Assembly (NCBI GenBank): GCA_965246715.1
Contig: CBDFFH010000049.1
Coordinates: forward strand, 64,001 to 128,000
Length of the DNA: 64,000 nucleotides
Direction of reading: 5' to 3'
Origin: Chamaesiphon sp.
GTDB taxonomy: Bacteria > Cyanobacteriota > Cyanobacteriia > Cyanobacteriales > Chamaesiphonaceae
The notes under the pieces: generated by a model
Database searches by the model: none
What the model saw: the letters and a program-made list of their open reading frames with translations, nothing else
Told to the model about the DNA's origin: nothing
Program-made: the position numbers and the translations under genes
Shown here: one piece after another, positions 53,413-62,943 of the stretch
Numbering within the stretch: position 1 is the stretch's first letter
How the letters are laid out: each line of letters starts with the position of its first letter

Positions 53413-55935
53413 ATGTTTTCACAGTTATTAGCTTACGTTCAAACACTCTCTAAAGTAATCTATTATCTCATCGCGATCGTCAGTTGGTATGTAGCGATCG
53501 CAACTCCTGATGCTAGCGCGACGACACCAGCCGAGCCAGATCCAGATCGGTTCGACAGCGATAATCTGTCCTCAAGTCAAATATTCGAGCGAGCCAAAGC
53601 TGCGGCACGGGTTGCTACTACCGCAGTCAGCGAACCCGCCGCAACACCAACCGTACAGCAACCGCCTGCCGATCGACAAGCGATTGGCGCAACCACTAAC
53701 GAACGCCGCGACGACGAGCCAAAGCGCGATCGAGTACCAGTAAAAACTCCGGCAGCTAATGTGACAGTGCCACCACTAACTGGACAAATCGCCCAAGCGA
53801 CGACAACACCCGTTACACTTCCATTCTCCCTGCCGATCCCAATTTCGCTGCCCATTTCACTGCCCCTCACTCCAAACCCAACATTTTCCACCCAAAGTAT
53901 CAATACACCGATTAACTCGATTCTCACCCCCGAGTTAATCCTCCCGCCAAATAATACACCAGCCGTTATCTCGCCCAACGCGCCAGTCGCACCCAAACCA
54001 AACACGGTACGCGATCCGCGCTTTATTCTCCCACCGCGCTTACTCGATCCCAATACCGTCGATCCGTTTTCCAATCAATTTATCCTCAATGGCGATAAAG
54101 TCTCACAAGCCACTGGTACGGTGGTTAAGACTGGATTTGAATCGGGAAACTTTCGGAGTAGCGACCTCAACTTTGATATCTATAAGGTCATTGGGGTCGA
54201 AAATATCCAAAGCGTTACCAGCGATAGCGTCGTTCGGGTAAGTAGTAAAATCGAGTCTGTCGGCGTGCGGAGTGTAGATCGCGATCGCAATATCATCGCG
54301 ACTGTATCTAAACCCCAAACATTACTGGGAGTGCGCGAGCAAATCAGTCTCGATGCCGACTGCTTGGATGGTTCGGGGCGCATTTGTACGTTTCTGCCAG
54401 GGATTACGATCGACCAGTCCAATCTCAATCGGCAATTACAGCCGACAGGGGTAAATTTTACCTCAACATTTGGCGAAGTACTTACGCCGGCATCGGTAGC
54501 CGCAATTCGGGAGCCAGGATTTCAAGGTGGTGCAAATGGACAGCTAGCGGGGATCGACCTCAATATCCCCGCCATCGGATTGGTTCAAACCCCCTGGTCG
54601 TCAAATCCCACGCTCACGGGCAGTCGGCGCGAAGATATCAGTTCGGCGGTGGCGGTGAACTACACCCGGATGAATCAAAATTTTGCCACCAATGGTACCG
54701 AATCGGTAATCGGCCGGACGATTCGATCGGCAAGTTACATTAATATCGATCGCAACCAAGAAATTAACGCCGGAATTCAAGCCCTCGGTCAAGTTTTACC
54801 CGAATTTCAGCCCAGCATCGCCCCAGGTAAGCCAGGAGCGCGGATCGTCGTCAATCCCAACCTCTATCGCGCAGTCAATGCACTCAGAATTCCGGATAAC
54901 AGCCAGACAGTCTATCAATCGGGGATCGGTTATGCGGCAAGTCAGGGCAAAGACCCCAAAATTCCGCCTGGAGCCAGTCATAACGCATTATGGCTCGGTC
55001 TATCTCCAGTAGTCGATCGGGAACTCGTCCGCGATTATTACTATAATACTCGCCGCGACCCGCAGATCGTCAATAGCGGTGGCGGGGAGGGCGGTAGCGT
55101 TCCGGTAGCGGTAAATCTCAATAACTTCGGGTTTAATTCGGGCAGCTTGCAAAATGCCTACGGTCAAGGCTATGTCACCGTCTACAATCGGGATGTCGAT
55201 CGGGTCGATGTCGAGACGCTGCGCCAGCGCACCGATTACTACCCCCATCTGAGTTTTACTGGGGTAAGTATGGGCGAAAATAACCTGTGGCGCTATTATA
55301 CCGGCGCGATCGTCAGCCTCAACGCACCCTCCAAAGTCAACCAAAATATCAAAGCCTATGTCGGTACCGATTTTTCGGTCGTCAATCCGCGTGGGTTTAG
55401 TTTCGGTGTAGGTGGGGTCGGCTATCTCAATCCCGATCCGGAATATGCGACTCAACTCTATGCTAATGCCAATCAATCGATCGGGTTGGGCGCAAATCCC
55501 CGCAATAATCTGACGCTGGGCGTAAATGCCAATTATATCCCCGACGGCGTTATCAAGATCCAGTCGCTCCCCGTACGCTCGGCTCAAAGTTTTGTCAGTG
55601 CGGGGATGAGCGTCAATCTGGGCGATGTTTCGATCGGCGGGACGCAATTTTTTGGTGGTGCGCTACCAGATGCGGTAGATACCAAAACACTAGTTACGCT
55701 CGGCTGGAAAGTAACCGATCGATTGAATGTCGGCGCATTTTATACCCTCGCCGATCGAAATATTTCCACCAATCCCTATGGGGCTAATCTTAGCCTCGCA
55801 CTCGATCCTAGCGCCAATTCTATGTTGTATCTAGGCTGGAATGCTGCGGAGATCGATTTTCGCCGCACCCTCGGCCCTAATTCTAATATTTACCGCGATA
55901 ATACTTTTACGTTATCGGTACGTTATGGATTTTAA
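53413..55935 (+). CDS. Putative outer-membrane beta-barrel protein with Pro-rich N-terminal linker
   Basis: N-terminal hydrophobic signal; alternating-pattern beta strands over the C-terminal third; terminal TFTLSVRYGF resembles a BAM beta-signal. Confidence 0.72.
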   Translation: MFSQLLAYVQTLSKVIYYLIAIVSWYVAIATPDASATTPAEPDPDRFDSDNLSSSQIFERAKAAARVATTAVSEPAATPTVQQPPADRQAIGATTNERRDDEPKRDRVPVKTPAANVTVPPLTGQIAQATTTPVTLPFSLPIPISLPISLPLTPNPTFSTQSINTPINSILTPELILPPNNTPAVISPNAPVAPKPNTVRDPRFILPPRLLDPNTVDPFSNQFILNGDKVSQATGTVVKTGFESGNFRSSDLNFDIYKVIGVENIQSVTSDSVVRVSSKIESVGVRSVDRDRNIIATVSKPQTLLGVREQISLDADCLDGSGRICTFLPGITIDQSNLNRQLQPTGVNFTSTFGEVLTPASVAAIREPGFQGGANGQLAGIDLNIPAIGLVQTPWSSNPTLTGSRREDISSAVAVNYTRMNQNFATNGTESVIGRTIRSASYINIDRNQEINAGIQALGQVLPEFQPSIAPGKPGARIVVNPNLYRAVNALRIPDNSQTVYQSGIGYAASQGKDPKIPPGASHNALWLGLSPVVDRELVRDYYYNTRRDPQIVNSGGGEGGSVPVAVNLNNFGFNSGSLQNAYGQGYVTVYNRDVDRVDVETLRQRTDYYPHLSFTGVSMGENNLWRYYTGAIVSLNAPSKVNQNIKAYVGTDFSVVNPRGFSFGVGGVGYLNPDPEYATQLYANANQSIGLGANPRNNLTLGVNANYIPDGVIKIQSLPVRSAQSFVSAGMSVNLGDVSIGGTQFFGGALPDAVDTKTLVTLGWKVTDRLNVGAFYTLADRNISTNPYGANLSLALDPSANSMLYLGWNAAEIDFRRTLGPNSNIYRDNTFTLSVRYGF

Positions 55936-56108
55936 TAGCTAACCCAAATTGCGATTTAGCTCGATCGATAAGCTGCGACAAATCCGAAACACCTCAGCAC
56001 TGACAATCGAACATTCCTTAAATCGGACATTTTTCAATAAGGTTTGACGAGCGATAATGTCAATAATTTCAATGTATTGGGTAGTGACATCGGATTAACA
56101 GCAATGCC

Positions 56109-56603
56109 CTAACTCTGTTGAATGCTCGGAGCAACAGCTAAGTCATTTGCGCCTGCTTGCATTGCCGCAATCTCGGCTAGAGTCCAGGCATGAGTAGATC
56201 GACATTGATGCGCTACCAATAGTCCCCACAACCCCCGCTGATTTAGCACTGGAACGACAAGATTGGCTCGGACGTGAAGTTCGCGCAGAAAGTCTCGATG
56301 ACAGTCTGCAATCGGTTCAACTTCAATATCGGCGATCGCCCGAGTGCGTCCGGCTTCATAGAGTGCGGCATAATCGCCATTAAAACATTCATCGGGGCCG
56401 CTCGAACCCATAATCGAGAACTTTTCATCGCTCAATGATTCAAACGTAACTCGTCCCGACCATTTATAATAAAAATAGTACAATACGATTCGATCGGCAT
56501 TAAGTTTATCCCGCAATCGATCGGTAGTTGTTTGGATTAAAGTATCTCTAGCTAAATCTTTTCGCAAGCGATCGAAGATTCTTTCTAAGGCTATATCGGA
56601 CAT
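56109..56603 (-). CDS. Stand-alone GAF domain protein
   Basis: ADRIVLYYF, DECF, DCHRDFL, VRANLVVPVL, LWGLLVAHQC. Confidence 0.88.
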   Translation of the reverse strand: MSDIALERIFDRLRKDLARDTLIQTTTDRLRDKLNADRIVLYYFYYKWSGRVTFESLSDEKFSIMGSSGPDECFNGDYAALYEAGRTRAIADIEVEPIADCHRDFLRELHVRANLVVPVLNQRGLWGLLVAHQCRSTHAWTLAEIAAMQAGANDLAVAPSIQQS

Positions 56604-56670
56604 AATCTATTTGTTATTTGTGGTATGTAGCTTAGTTAAATAACTAAAGATCTTTGCAGCATTCGTCCAT

Positions 56671-57855
56671 TTAGATATTATCGAAGATTTGATGCGCCAT
56701 TGCTAGTTTAGAACAATGCAAAATATCGATCCGCTCGCCATTACGTTTGAGTAATACCGCTTGATTACGATCGCTACCAAAGCCGCGATCTGGTAAGTCT
56801 ACGGGATTAGTCACGATCGCATCTAATTGTTTGCGGTGTAACTTTTCTAGTGCCGGAGTAATAATATCTCCAGTCTGAGCCGCAAATCCAATTAACTTTT
56901 GATGGGGCTGCTTGCGTTTACTCAAATCGGCAATAATATCGGGAACTGCAACTAATTTGAGTTCGGTTGGGAGCAACTTTTTTGGTAACTTTTCACTACT
57001 ATAACTAGCTGGCTTCACATCAGCAACCGCCGCACACATTATTACTATATCCGATTCTGTAAAGCGAGCTAGCATTCGATCGTGCATCTGTTCGCTAGTA
57101 ACCACAGCCAAAGCTTCGATCGGGCCATCGATCGGCAGATCTGGCAGCGTACTATGTACTAAGGTAACGATCGCGCCACGATGCGCCGCCGCGCGCGCGA
57201 GTGCCAATCCCATCTTCCCCGTCGCTGGATTGCCCAGAAACCGCACCGGATCGAAAAATTCGCGAGTACCGCCCGCACTAATTAAGATCCGCTTACCCAT
57301 TAGATCGCGATGACCGCGAGTATGGAGCAGCGAAGTAATATAGGGTAAAATCTCGCTAGGCTCGGACATTCGCCCCATCCCAACTCGATCGCAAGCTAAC
57401 AATCCCGGATCGGGGCCAGCCGAATGATAACGTGAATCTTGCCTTAACAAATCCCAATTGCGGCGCACGGCTACTTGCTCCCACATCTCAGTATTCATCG
57501 CTGGAGCGAGTAAAATCGGACAAGTAGAAGCCAATACGGTATTAGTTAAGAGATTATCTGCCAATCCATTGGCTAATTTCCCTAGTGTATTTGCAGTGAG
57601 TGGGGCAATTAAAAACAGATCCGCCCATTCACCCAACTCGATATGTAACGGACGTTGGTGGAGCGGTTGCCAAAAATCTCGATCGGTATAAGCTGGGTGA
57701 CGCGATAGCGTTGCCACAGTCAGCGGCGTAATAAATTGCTGCGCGCCATCGGTGAGGATTACTTTTACCTCAATTCCCGCCTTAAATAAGCTAGAAATTA
57801 CCTCACACACCTTATACGCCGCAATTCCACCACCAATTCCAACAAGAACCCGCAT
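56671..57855 (-). CDS. coaBC: Bifunctional phosphopantothenoylcysteine decarboxylase / ligase
   Basis: [51 protein letters not shown]. Confidence 0.96.
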   Translation of the reverse strand: MRVLVGIGGGIAAYKVCEVISSLFKAGIEVKVILTDGAQQFITPLTVATLSRHPAYTDRDFWQPLHQRPLHIELGEWADLFLIAPLTANTLGKLANGLADNLLTNTVLASTCPILLAPAMNTEMWEQVAVRRNWDLLRQDSRYHSAGPDPGLLACDRVGMGRMSEPSEILPYITSLLHTRGHRDLMGKRILISAGGTREFFDPVRFLGNPATGKMGLALARAAAHRGAIVTLVHSTLPDLPIDGPIEALAVVTSEQMHDRMLARFTESDIVIMCAAVADVKPASYSSEKLPKKLLPTELKLVAVPDIIADLSKRKQPHQKLIGFAAQTGDIITPALEKLHRKQLDAIVTNPVDLPDRGFGSDRNQAVLLKRNGERIDILHCSKLAMAHQIFDNI

Positions 57856-57860
57856 TAAAT

Positions 57861-58027
57861 TAAACCAAGTTGCTATCTATAATCCTAGCGGTTAGAAACC
57901 GCTGCTCGGAGTGCAAAGTCCGCCTGCGCGGACTAAATATTTCAGTCCGCGCAGGCGGACTTTGCAACGCTAGCCACGATTTCAATCGTTGGCAGTGTAG
58001 TAGTGGACACTGTTCACCAACTAGGTT
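57861..58027. repeat. MITE-like element related to the 3545 copy, with AAGTCCGCCTGCGCGGACT doublet
   Basis: Left end TAAACCAAGTTGCTA; core inverted repeat 57916-57962; degenerate right end. Confidence 0.75.
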
Positions 58028-58183
58028 CCAGGCATTATCATCTATCTAAACGATCGAAATAATACTCAGGTAAAGTGCGCTCTTAAGTAGAATTCTATAA
58101 ATATATCCATACCCTAGGACTGAAGTAATAAGTTATGGATGGTGGGCACTGCCCACCCTACTCTCTGGTCATTAACCCCTAAC

Positions 58184-58399
58184 TTACGCTTCATCATAAG
58201 CTTCCAGATCGAGCAAATGAATGTAGGGTTCGACTAAATCTGGGCGTTGAAAAGCGATCGCGCGCAAGAAATGCCAATCTTGTAAACCATCAAATGGGTT
58301 GCCATAATCGTCACTCTCCAACCGTAGTGCGAGTTCTTCTACTTCTTCGCTAGTTAGGTTAGGAATACTATTCCGTTTAGACATCTCGATTGTGGTCAT
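58184..58399 (-). CDS. Small cyanobacterial protein (DUF2555-like)
   Basis: LALRLESDDY.NPFDGLQDWHFLRAIAF...PYIHLLD. Confidence 0.8.
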   Translation of the reverse strand: MTTIEMSKRNSIPNLTSEEVEELALRLESDDYGNPFDGLQDWHFLRAIAFQRPDLVEPYIHLLDLEAYDEA

Positions 58400-58512
58400 A
58401 GATCGAATCTCCTGAACGAGTTTAGTCGAATGTAGCAGCTATATTTAAATCTTAGCCTTATTAACCATTATTCCCCACTAATGACTGTTGGATTCACAAA
58501 AATACTCATTAT

Positions 58513-59160
58513 TTAAGCTTTACTCGTAACAAACTGCCTGACTACTTGCAATACCTCTGGCACGATTGAGTGTCCCATGTCAAATTCCTGATACAGCACA
58601 TCAACGCCCCACTGTGTCAGGACTTCCTGACTTTTGCGCGCAGCCGCGATCTGGACGACATCATCTTGCCTGCCATGTACGATCGCGACAGGTGGCGCAG
58701 CTTGCTGGGGTTTAACCCGATCGGGATGTAAATAACCACTGAGGACGATCAGCCCTGCTACAGGCAAATCCAGCCCGATCTCCAGCGTCATCGCACCACC
58801 TTGAGAGAACCCCGCAATCCAAGTCCGATCGAGTGGGATACCTGTAGATGCTGGAAGAGACTCAATCCAGGTTGTCAAAACTTCGCGACTAGTTACTAAT
58901 TGCGTGATACTGCGATCGGTCAATTGACCCGCACCTGTAAAGGAATACCACATTTTCCCATCCTCGCTATATTCATGGTCGAAGAGGCCATTAGGAAACA
59001 AGAATTGGTATTCAGGTAAATTGAAATACGGTACGAGATCGCCAAGATCTTGATTATTGGCACCCCAACCATGCAACAGCACGATCGTGCCCAGTGGTGT
59101 ATTGGTGCGAGCGGGGACGAAAATAATATCGAGTTTAGGATCGCGAGCGGTTTGATTCAT
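58513..59160 (-). CDS. Phospholipase/carboxylesterase family alpha/beta hydrolase
   Basis: LHGWGAN, GFSQGG, HGRQDDVV, MGH. Confidence 0.9.
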   Translation of the reverse strand: MNQTARDPKLDIIFVPARTNTPLGTIVLLHGWGANNQDLGDLVPYFNLPEYQFLFPNGLFDHEYSEDGKMWYSFTGAGQLTDRSITQLVTSREVLTTWIESLPASTGIPLDRTWIAGFSQGGAMTLEIGLDLPVAGLIVLSGYLHPDRVKPQQAAPPVAIVHGRQDDVVQIAAARKSQEVLTQWGVDVLYQEFDMGHSIVPEVLQVVRQFVTSKA

Positions 59161-59273
59161 GGTTTCAATCGATAGTTTCGGTTAAATTTCGTGGTGGAGC
59201 AAAAAAACTCGATCGGGCTACTTTTGGCGGTTATTTATGCCCTAATTCGTACTATAGTGGAGCGTCTAGAAAT

Positions 59274-59621
59274 ATGTTACCTCTTCCCCTTGGTAAAATC
59301 ATGACACTACTACGCCTCATTCACAGAGCTAGCATTCTAGCTGGGATGACTTTTGCTAGCCTTTCCGTTTACGGCAATCCAGCTCACGCAGATGATGCAC
59401 TGTTTTGCGTCATTGCTAGTAATGGCAAGACTGTATGCGGTACTCTCAAAGCAATCGAACTTGCTTGTATAACTACTGATGGTAGCAATACCATCTGTGG
59501 TAAGTTCAAATCAGCCACAGATGTTCAGAGGCAAGGACAAGAGACTAGTAAGCCATCGCAGGGAGTCGCTCGTACAGTAGTAGTAGATCTGACACAACTG
59601 TTAAATGCAGCGATTCGATAA
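59274..59621 (+). CDS. Small secreted hypothetical protein with duplicated Cys-pair motif
   Basis: Signal ending AHA; CVIASNGKTVCG and CITTDGSNTICG. Confidence 0.6.
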   Translation: MLPLPLGKIMTLLRLIHRASILAGMTFASLSVYGNPAHADDALFCVIASNGKTVCGTLKAIELACITTDGSNTICGKFKSATDVQRQGQETSKPSQGVARTVVVDLTQLLNAAIR

Positions 59622-59787
59622 AATTCATCCATCTGTCGATCGCGATCTAGGATCTGTAGGGGTGCCCCTTGTGGGTACCCTCATCGATGTGGGGTAAGCA
59701 CAAGGCATTACCCAGGTTATTAGTAGGTTTTTAGGAGGAGAGATTTGATAACTCTGTCGATCGAATCGATAAAAAAGCGAATCTCAA

Positions 59788-60366
59788 CTATGCTTCAATC
59801 TTAAAAATTATATCCTCATAGACTTGTTCGATCGAAAATGTTAGATTGATACTGCCTAGATCGATCGTGTCTCCTGCCTGATAATTGAGGATATACCAAT
59901 TTCCAGCTTCATCTTTGCGATACAGATCGATCGCGACTGAATTTGCATCCACTAGTACATAGTCTTTTAAGATCGGATTTCGCCGATACATTCTGAATTT
60001 ATTGCCTCGATCGTAAGCCTCCGTAGTAGGAGATAGTACCTCAACAATTAAACATGGATAACTGATAAATTGAGTAGCAGTTCGATCGCGGAGATCGCAG
60101 GTAACACTCAGATCGGGATAAACATAATCATTCGATCCTTGAATATTGACTCTACAATCAGAATTACCTGTTTGACAGCCACTGCCTCGGAGGTGGCTTT
60201 TTAATAAAGCTCCGAAGTTCAAAGCAATACGACCATGATTTAGAGTCCCACCGGTCATCGCATAAATTTCACCATCAATATATTCATGACGGCATTGCTG
60301 TTGTTCCTCCCAAGCGAAGTATTCTTCAGGCGTGAATTTGGGGAAAGTATCTTTTGCAGCAATCAT
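59788..60366 (-). CDS. Uma2/DUF820 family PD-(D/E)xK endonuclease-like protein
   Basis: HEYIDGEIYAMTGG, YPDLSVTCD, LIVEVLSPTT..YDRG.KF..Y. Confidence 0.92.
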   Translation of the reverse strand: MIAAKDTFPKFTPEEYFAWEEQQQCRHEYIDGEIYAMTGGTLNHGRIALNFGALLKSHLRGSGCQTGNSDCRVNIQGSNDYVYPDLSVTCDLRDRTATQFISYPCLIVEVLSPTTEAYDRGNKFRMYRRNPILKDYVLVDANSVAIDLYRKDEAGNWYILNYQAGDTIDLGSINLTFSIEQVYEDIIFKIEA

Positions 60367-60375
60367 AGTTTCTAA

Positions 60376-61425
60376 TCAATCGTTATACAACAAGATTTTA
60401 TAAGTCTCTGCTGTCGGTTTGGTGGCTTGAGCTACTGCTTTATCGAGATCTTTGAGATGGTATCGATCGCTAATCAACGCATCCACATCGATCCGATGGT
60501 TGAACACCAGATCGGCTGAGAGCGCCTGAACGCGGAATGACGAACTATAACTCCCCATCAAATCGATTTCTCGGCGGTACAATACATTCGGATTGATTGG
60601 AATCTCCAGCTCATCGGGGAACTCCGCAAAAAACAGAATCTTCCCACCCTTGCGCGTACAATCCAAAGCTTGGAAAAATGCTTTATCGCTGGGTACTGCG
60701 AGGATGGCAGTATCTACGCCCAACCCGCCAGTCAGCGCGTGAATCTTGGCAGTAATCTCGGGATCGCGTGCATCGAAAGCCGCCTCTGCGCCTACGGCTA
60801 ATGCCTTCTCCACCCGCGCTGGAATGAGATCGGTCGAAATCGCGCGCGCGCCAAAATGTTTGACTAACATGATAAACATCAATCCGATCGGCCCAGCACC
60901 CGTAATTAAAACCGTATCGCCAGCTTGAATATTTGCTTTTTTGACCGCCTTGAGACAGCAATTCGTCGGCTCGACAAAACTCGCTTGTTCGTCGGTAACG
61001 CGATCGGGAATCGGGATCAAGCCACCATTGCGAACGATGTGTCCTGGCACTTTGACATATTCAGCAAAACCCCCGCCACTAGGCGCAAATCCAGCGGTAG
61101 TCGTGATATTTTTATAAACTTCGCACATTGAAAAATTGTCGTGGAGGCAGTAACTACAGTGCATACAGGGAATATGGTGCATCACTACCACCCGCTGTCC
61201 GACTTGCCAATCTTGGACATCGGTACCTACTCGATCGATAATTCCCGCTGTCTCGTGTCCGAAGATCCGGGGTGGTTCGTAGAGCGGATAAAGAATTTTT
61301 TTGATGTCCGATTGGCATAGCCCAACTACTTTAACCCGCACCAATACCTCATCTGCTGCGATTTCCGGTACTGGCACATCTTCATAACTGAGCTGATTGA
61401 CTCCCCGAAATACTTGCGCTTTCAT
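60376..61425 (-). CDS. Zinc-dependent medium-chain dehydrogenase
   Basis: GLCQSD, GHE, CMHCSYC..C structural zinc site, GAGPIG. Confidence 0.92.
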   Translation of the reverse strand: MKAQVFRGVNQLSYEDVPVPEIAADEVLVRVKVVGLCQSDIKKILYPLYEPPRIFGHETAGIIDRVGTDVQDWQVGQRVVVMHHIPCMHCSYCLHDNFSMCEVYKNITTTAGFAPSGGGFAEYVKVPGHIVRNGGLIPIPDRVTDEQASFVEPTNCCLKAVKKANIQAGDTVLITGAGPIGLMFIMLVKHFGARAISTDLIPARVEKALAVGAEAAFDARDPEITAKIHALTGGLGVDTAILAVPSDKAFFQALDCTRKGGKILFFAEFPDELEIPINPNVLYRREIDLMGSYSSSFRVQALSADLVFNHRIDVDALISDRYHLKDLDKAVAQATKPTAETYKILLYND

Positions 61426-61806
61426 TAAAAAACTCCTGATACGGTTGGGAACTGCGTCTTTTTAAAGCGCCAATGAAAAATTTATCCTGCTTGAGACTCC
61501 TAGATATTAGGAAGAGCGGATGACTATTCTCAATAGTATAGTTTCGGATGTGTATCTTGCTGTCAGCGGATGTCTGAAATTAAGTATGCAAATTACCCAC
61601 TACGCGATCGCATACTGGATAGTTCTTAGTCCACGTAGGTGGACTTCGTCTAGCTAGCAGCGAATTTATTCGCCGCTTCCTTTGCCAGGTGTCGATAAAT
61701 ACCGATCGAATCCAAGATATTGCCAAATTGCCGGAATCGATCGCGGAGTTACCAGTTAGTTACCGCTCAAGTACTGTAAAATCTTTCCAGCGATATCAGA
61801 CAAAAC

Positions 61807-62676
61807 ATGGATCCCCAATTAATTGTAAATGGCATTGCCTTGGGTAGTATTATTGCCCTCGGTGCAGTTGGCTTAACTTTGACAGTTGGCATTTTGCGAC
61901 TGTCAAATTTTGCTCACGGTGACTTGATGACTTTGGGAGCATATATCGCCTGGATGCTAAATCATACCCAGATTCCCGGTTTGAATAATATTTGGGTATC
62001 GATGTTGGTGGGTATTCTCGCCACGATTGGGGTCGCGCTATTGACTGAAGCGCTGTTGTGGAAGCGAATGCGGCGCGTGCGGGCAACCTCGACGACGCTG
62101 GTGATTATTTCGATCGGGTTAGCGTTATTTTTGCGAAATGGGATCTTACTAATTTGGGGTAGTCCTTCCAAAAGATATAATCTACCCGTCAGTGAAGCGA
62201 TCGATTTCTTTGGGGTCAAACTAGAGTTTTATAAATTAGTCGTCCTGGGTTTAGCCATCCTGGCGATCGCTGGCTTACACTTTTTGTTACAAAATACCAA
62301 AATCGGTAAAGCGATGCGCGCGGTCGCCGACGACGTGGATCTCGCGCGCGTAACCGGGATCGATGTCGAACGCGTTGTCTTGTGGACGTGGGTGATTGCG
62401 GCGGGTCTGACTGGATTGGGCGGTCAAATGCTAGGCTTAGTTACCGTCATTCGTCCCGATATGGGGTGGTTTTTGATTTTACCGATGTTTGCCGCAATCA
62501 CCCTGGGCGGCATCGGCAATCCTTATGGTGCGATCGCGGGCGCATTTATTATCGGGATCGCCCAAGAAGTCGCCGTCCCGATCGTTGGTTCGCAATACAA
62601 ACTCGCGATCGCGCTGATTCTAATGGTGTTGACCTTGCTGTTCCGTCCGCAAGGATTGTTTAAAGGAACTGGCTAA
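61807..62676 (+). CDS. natD: Branched-chain/neutral amino acid ABC transporter permease (LivH/NatD)
   Basis: NFAHGDLMTLGAY, TKIGKAMRAVAD, LGGIGNPYGA. Confidence 0.85.
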   Translation: MDPQLIVNGIALGSIIALGAVGLTLTVGILRLSNFAHGDLMTLGAYIAWMLNHTQIPGLNNIWVSMLVGILATIGVALLTEALLWKRMRRVRATSTTLVIISIGLALFLRNGILLIWGSPSKRYNLPVSEAIDFFGVKLEFYKLVVLGLAILAIAGLHFLLQNTKIGKAMRAVADDVDLARVTGIDVERVVLWTWVIAAGLTGLGGQMLGLVTVIRPDMGWFLILPMFAAITLGGIGNPYGAIAGAFIIGIAQEVAVPIVGSQYKLAIALILMVLTLLFRPQGLFKGTG

Positions 62677-62750
62677 ATGCGAGGGGAGCGTAGATCTATA
62701 CCCACCCCGCCCTGAAGGGCACCCCTCCCAGGAGGGGATTTTACTACTCA

Positions 62751-62923
62751 ACGTGAGTTCGGGTTAAGAATCACCTAGAGACTGGAAGTCTCGGCTAATG
62801 ATGCGAAGTCCGCCTTCGCGGACTAGTTAATCAGTCCGCGAAGGCGGACTTCGCAATATGAGACACGATTTTAATCGTTGGCGGTACTGGAACGAAGCAA
62901 ATATCCTCAACCCGAACTGACGT
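62751..62923. mobile_element. MITE-like element with ACGTGAGTTCGGG ends carrying AAGTCCGCCTTCGCGGACT doublet
   Basis: ACGTGAGTTCGGGTTAAG / CTCAACCCGAACTGACGT; exact 6-bp direct repeat TACTCA at 62745-62750 and 62924-62929. Confidence 0.85.
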
Positions 62924-62943
62924 TACTCACTAGCCACTATCCC

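Noticed and set aside
55000..55647. 215-aa antisense ORF
   Set aside because: Shadow of the 840-aa gene; no recognisable motifs
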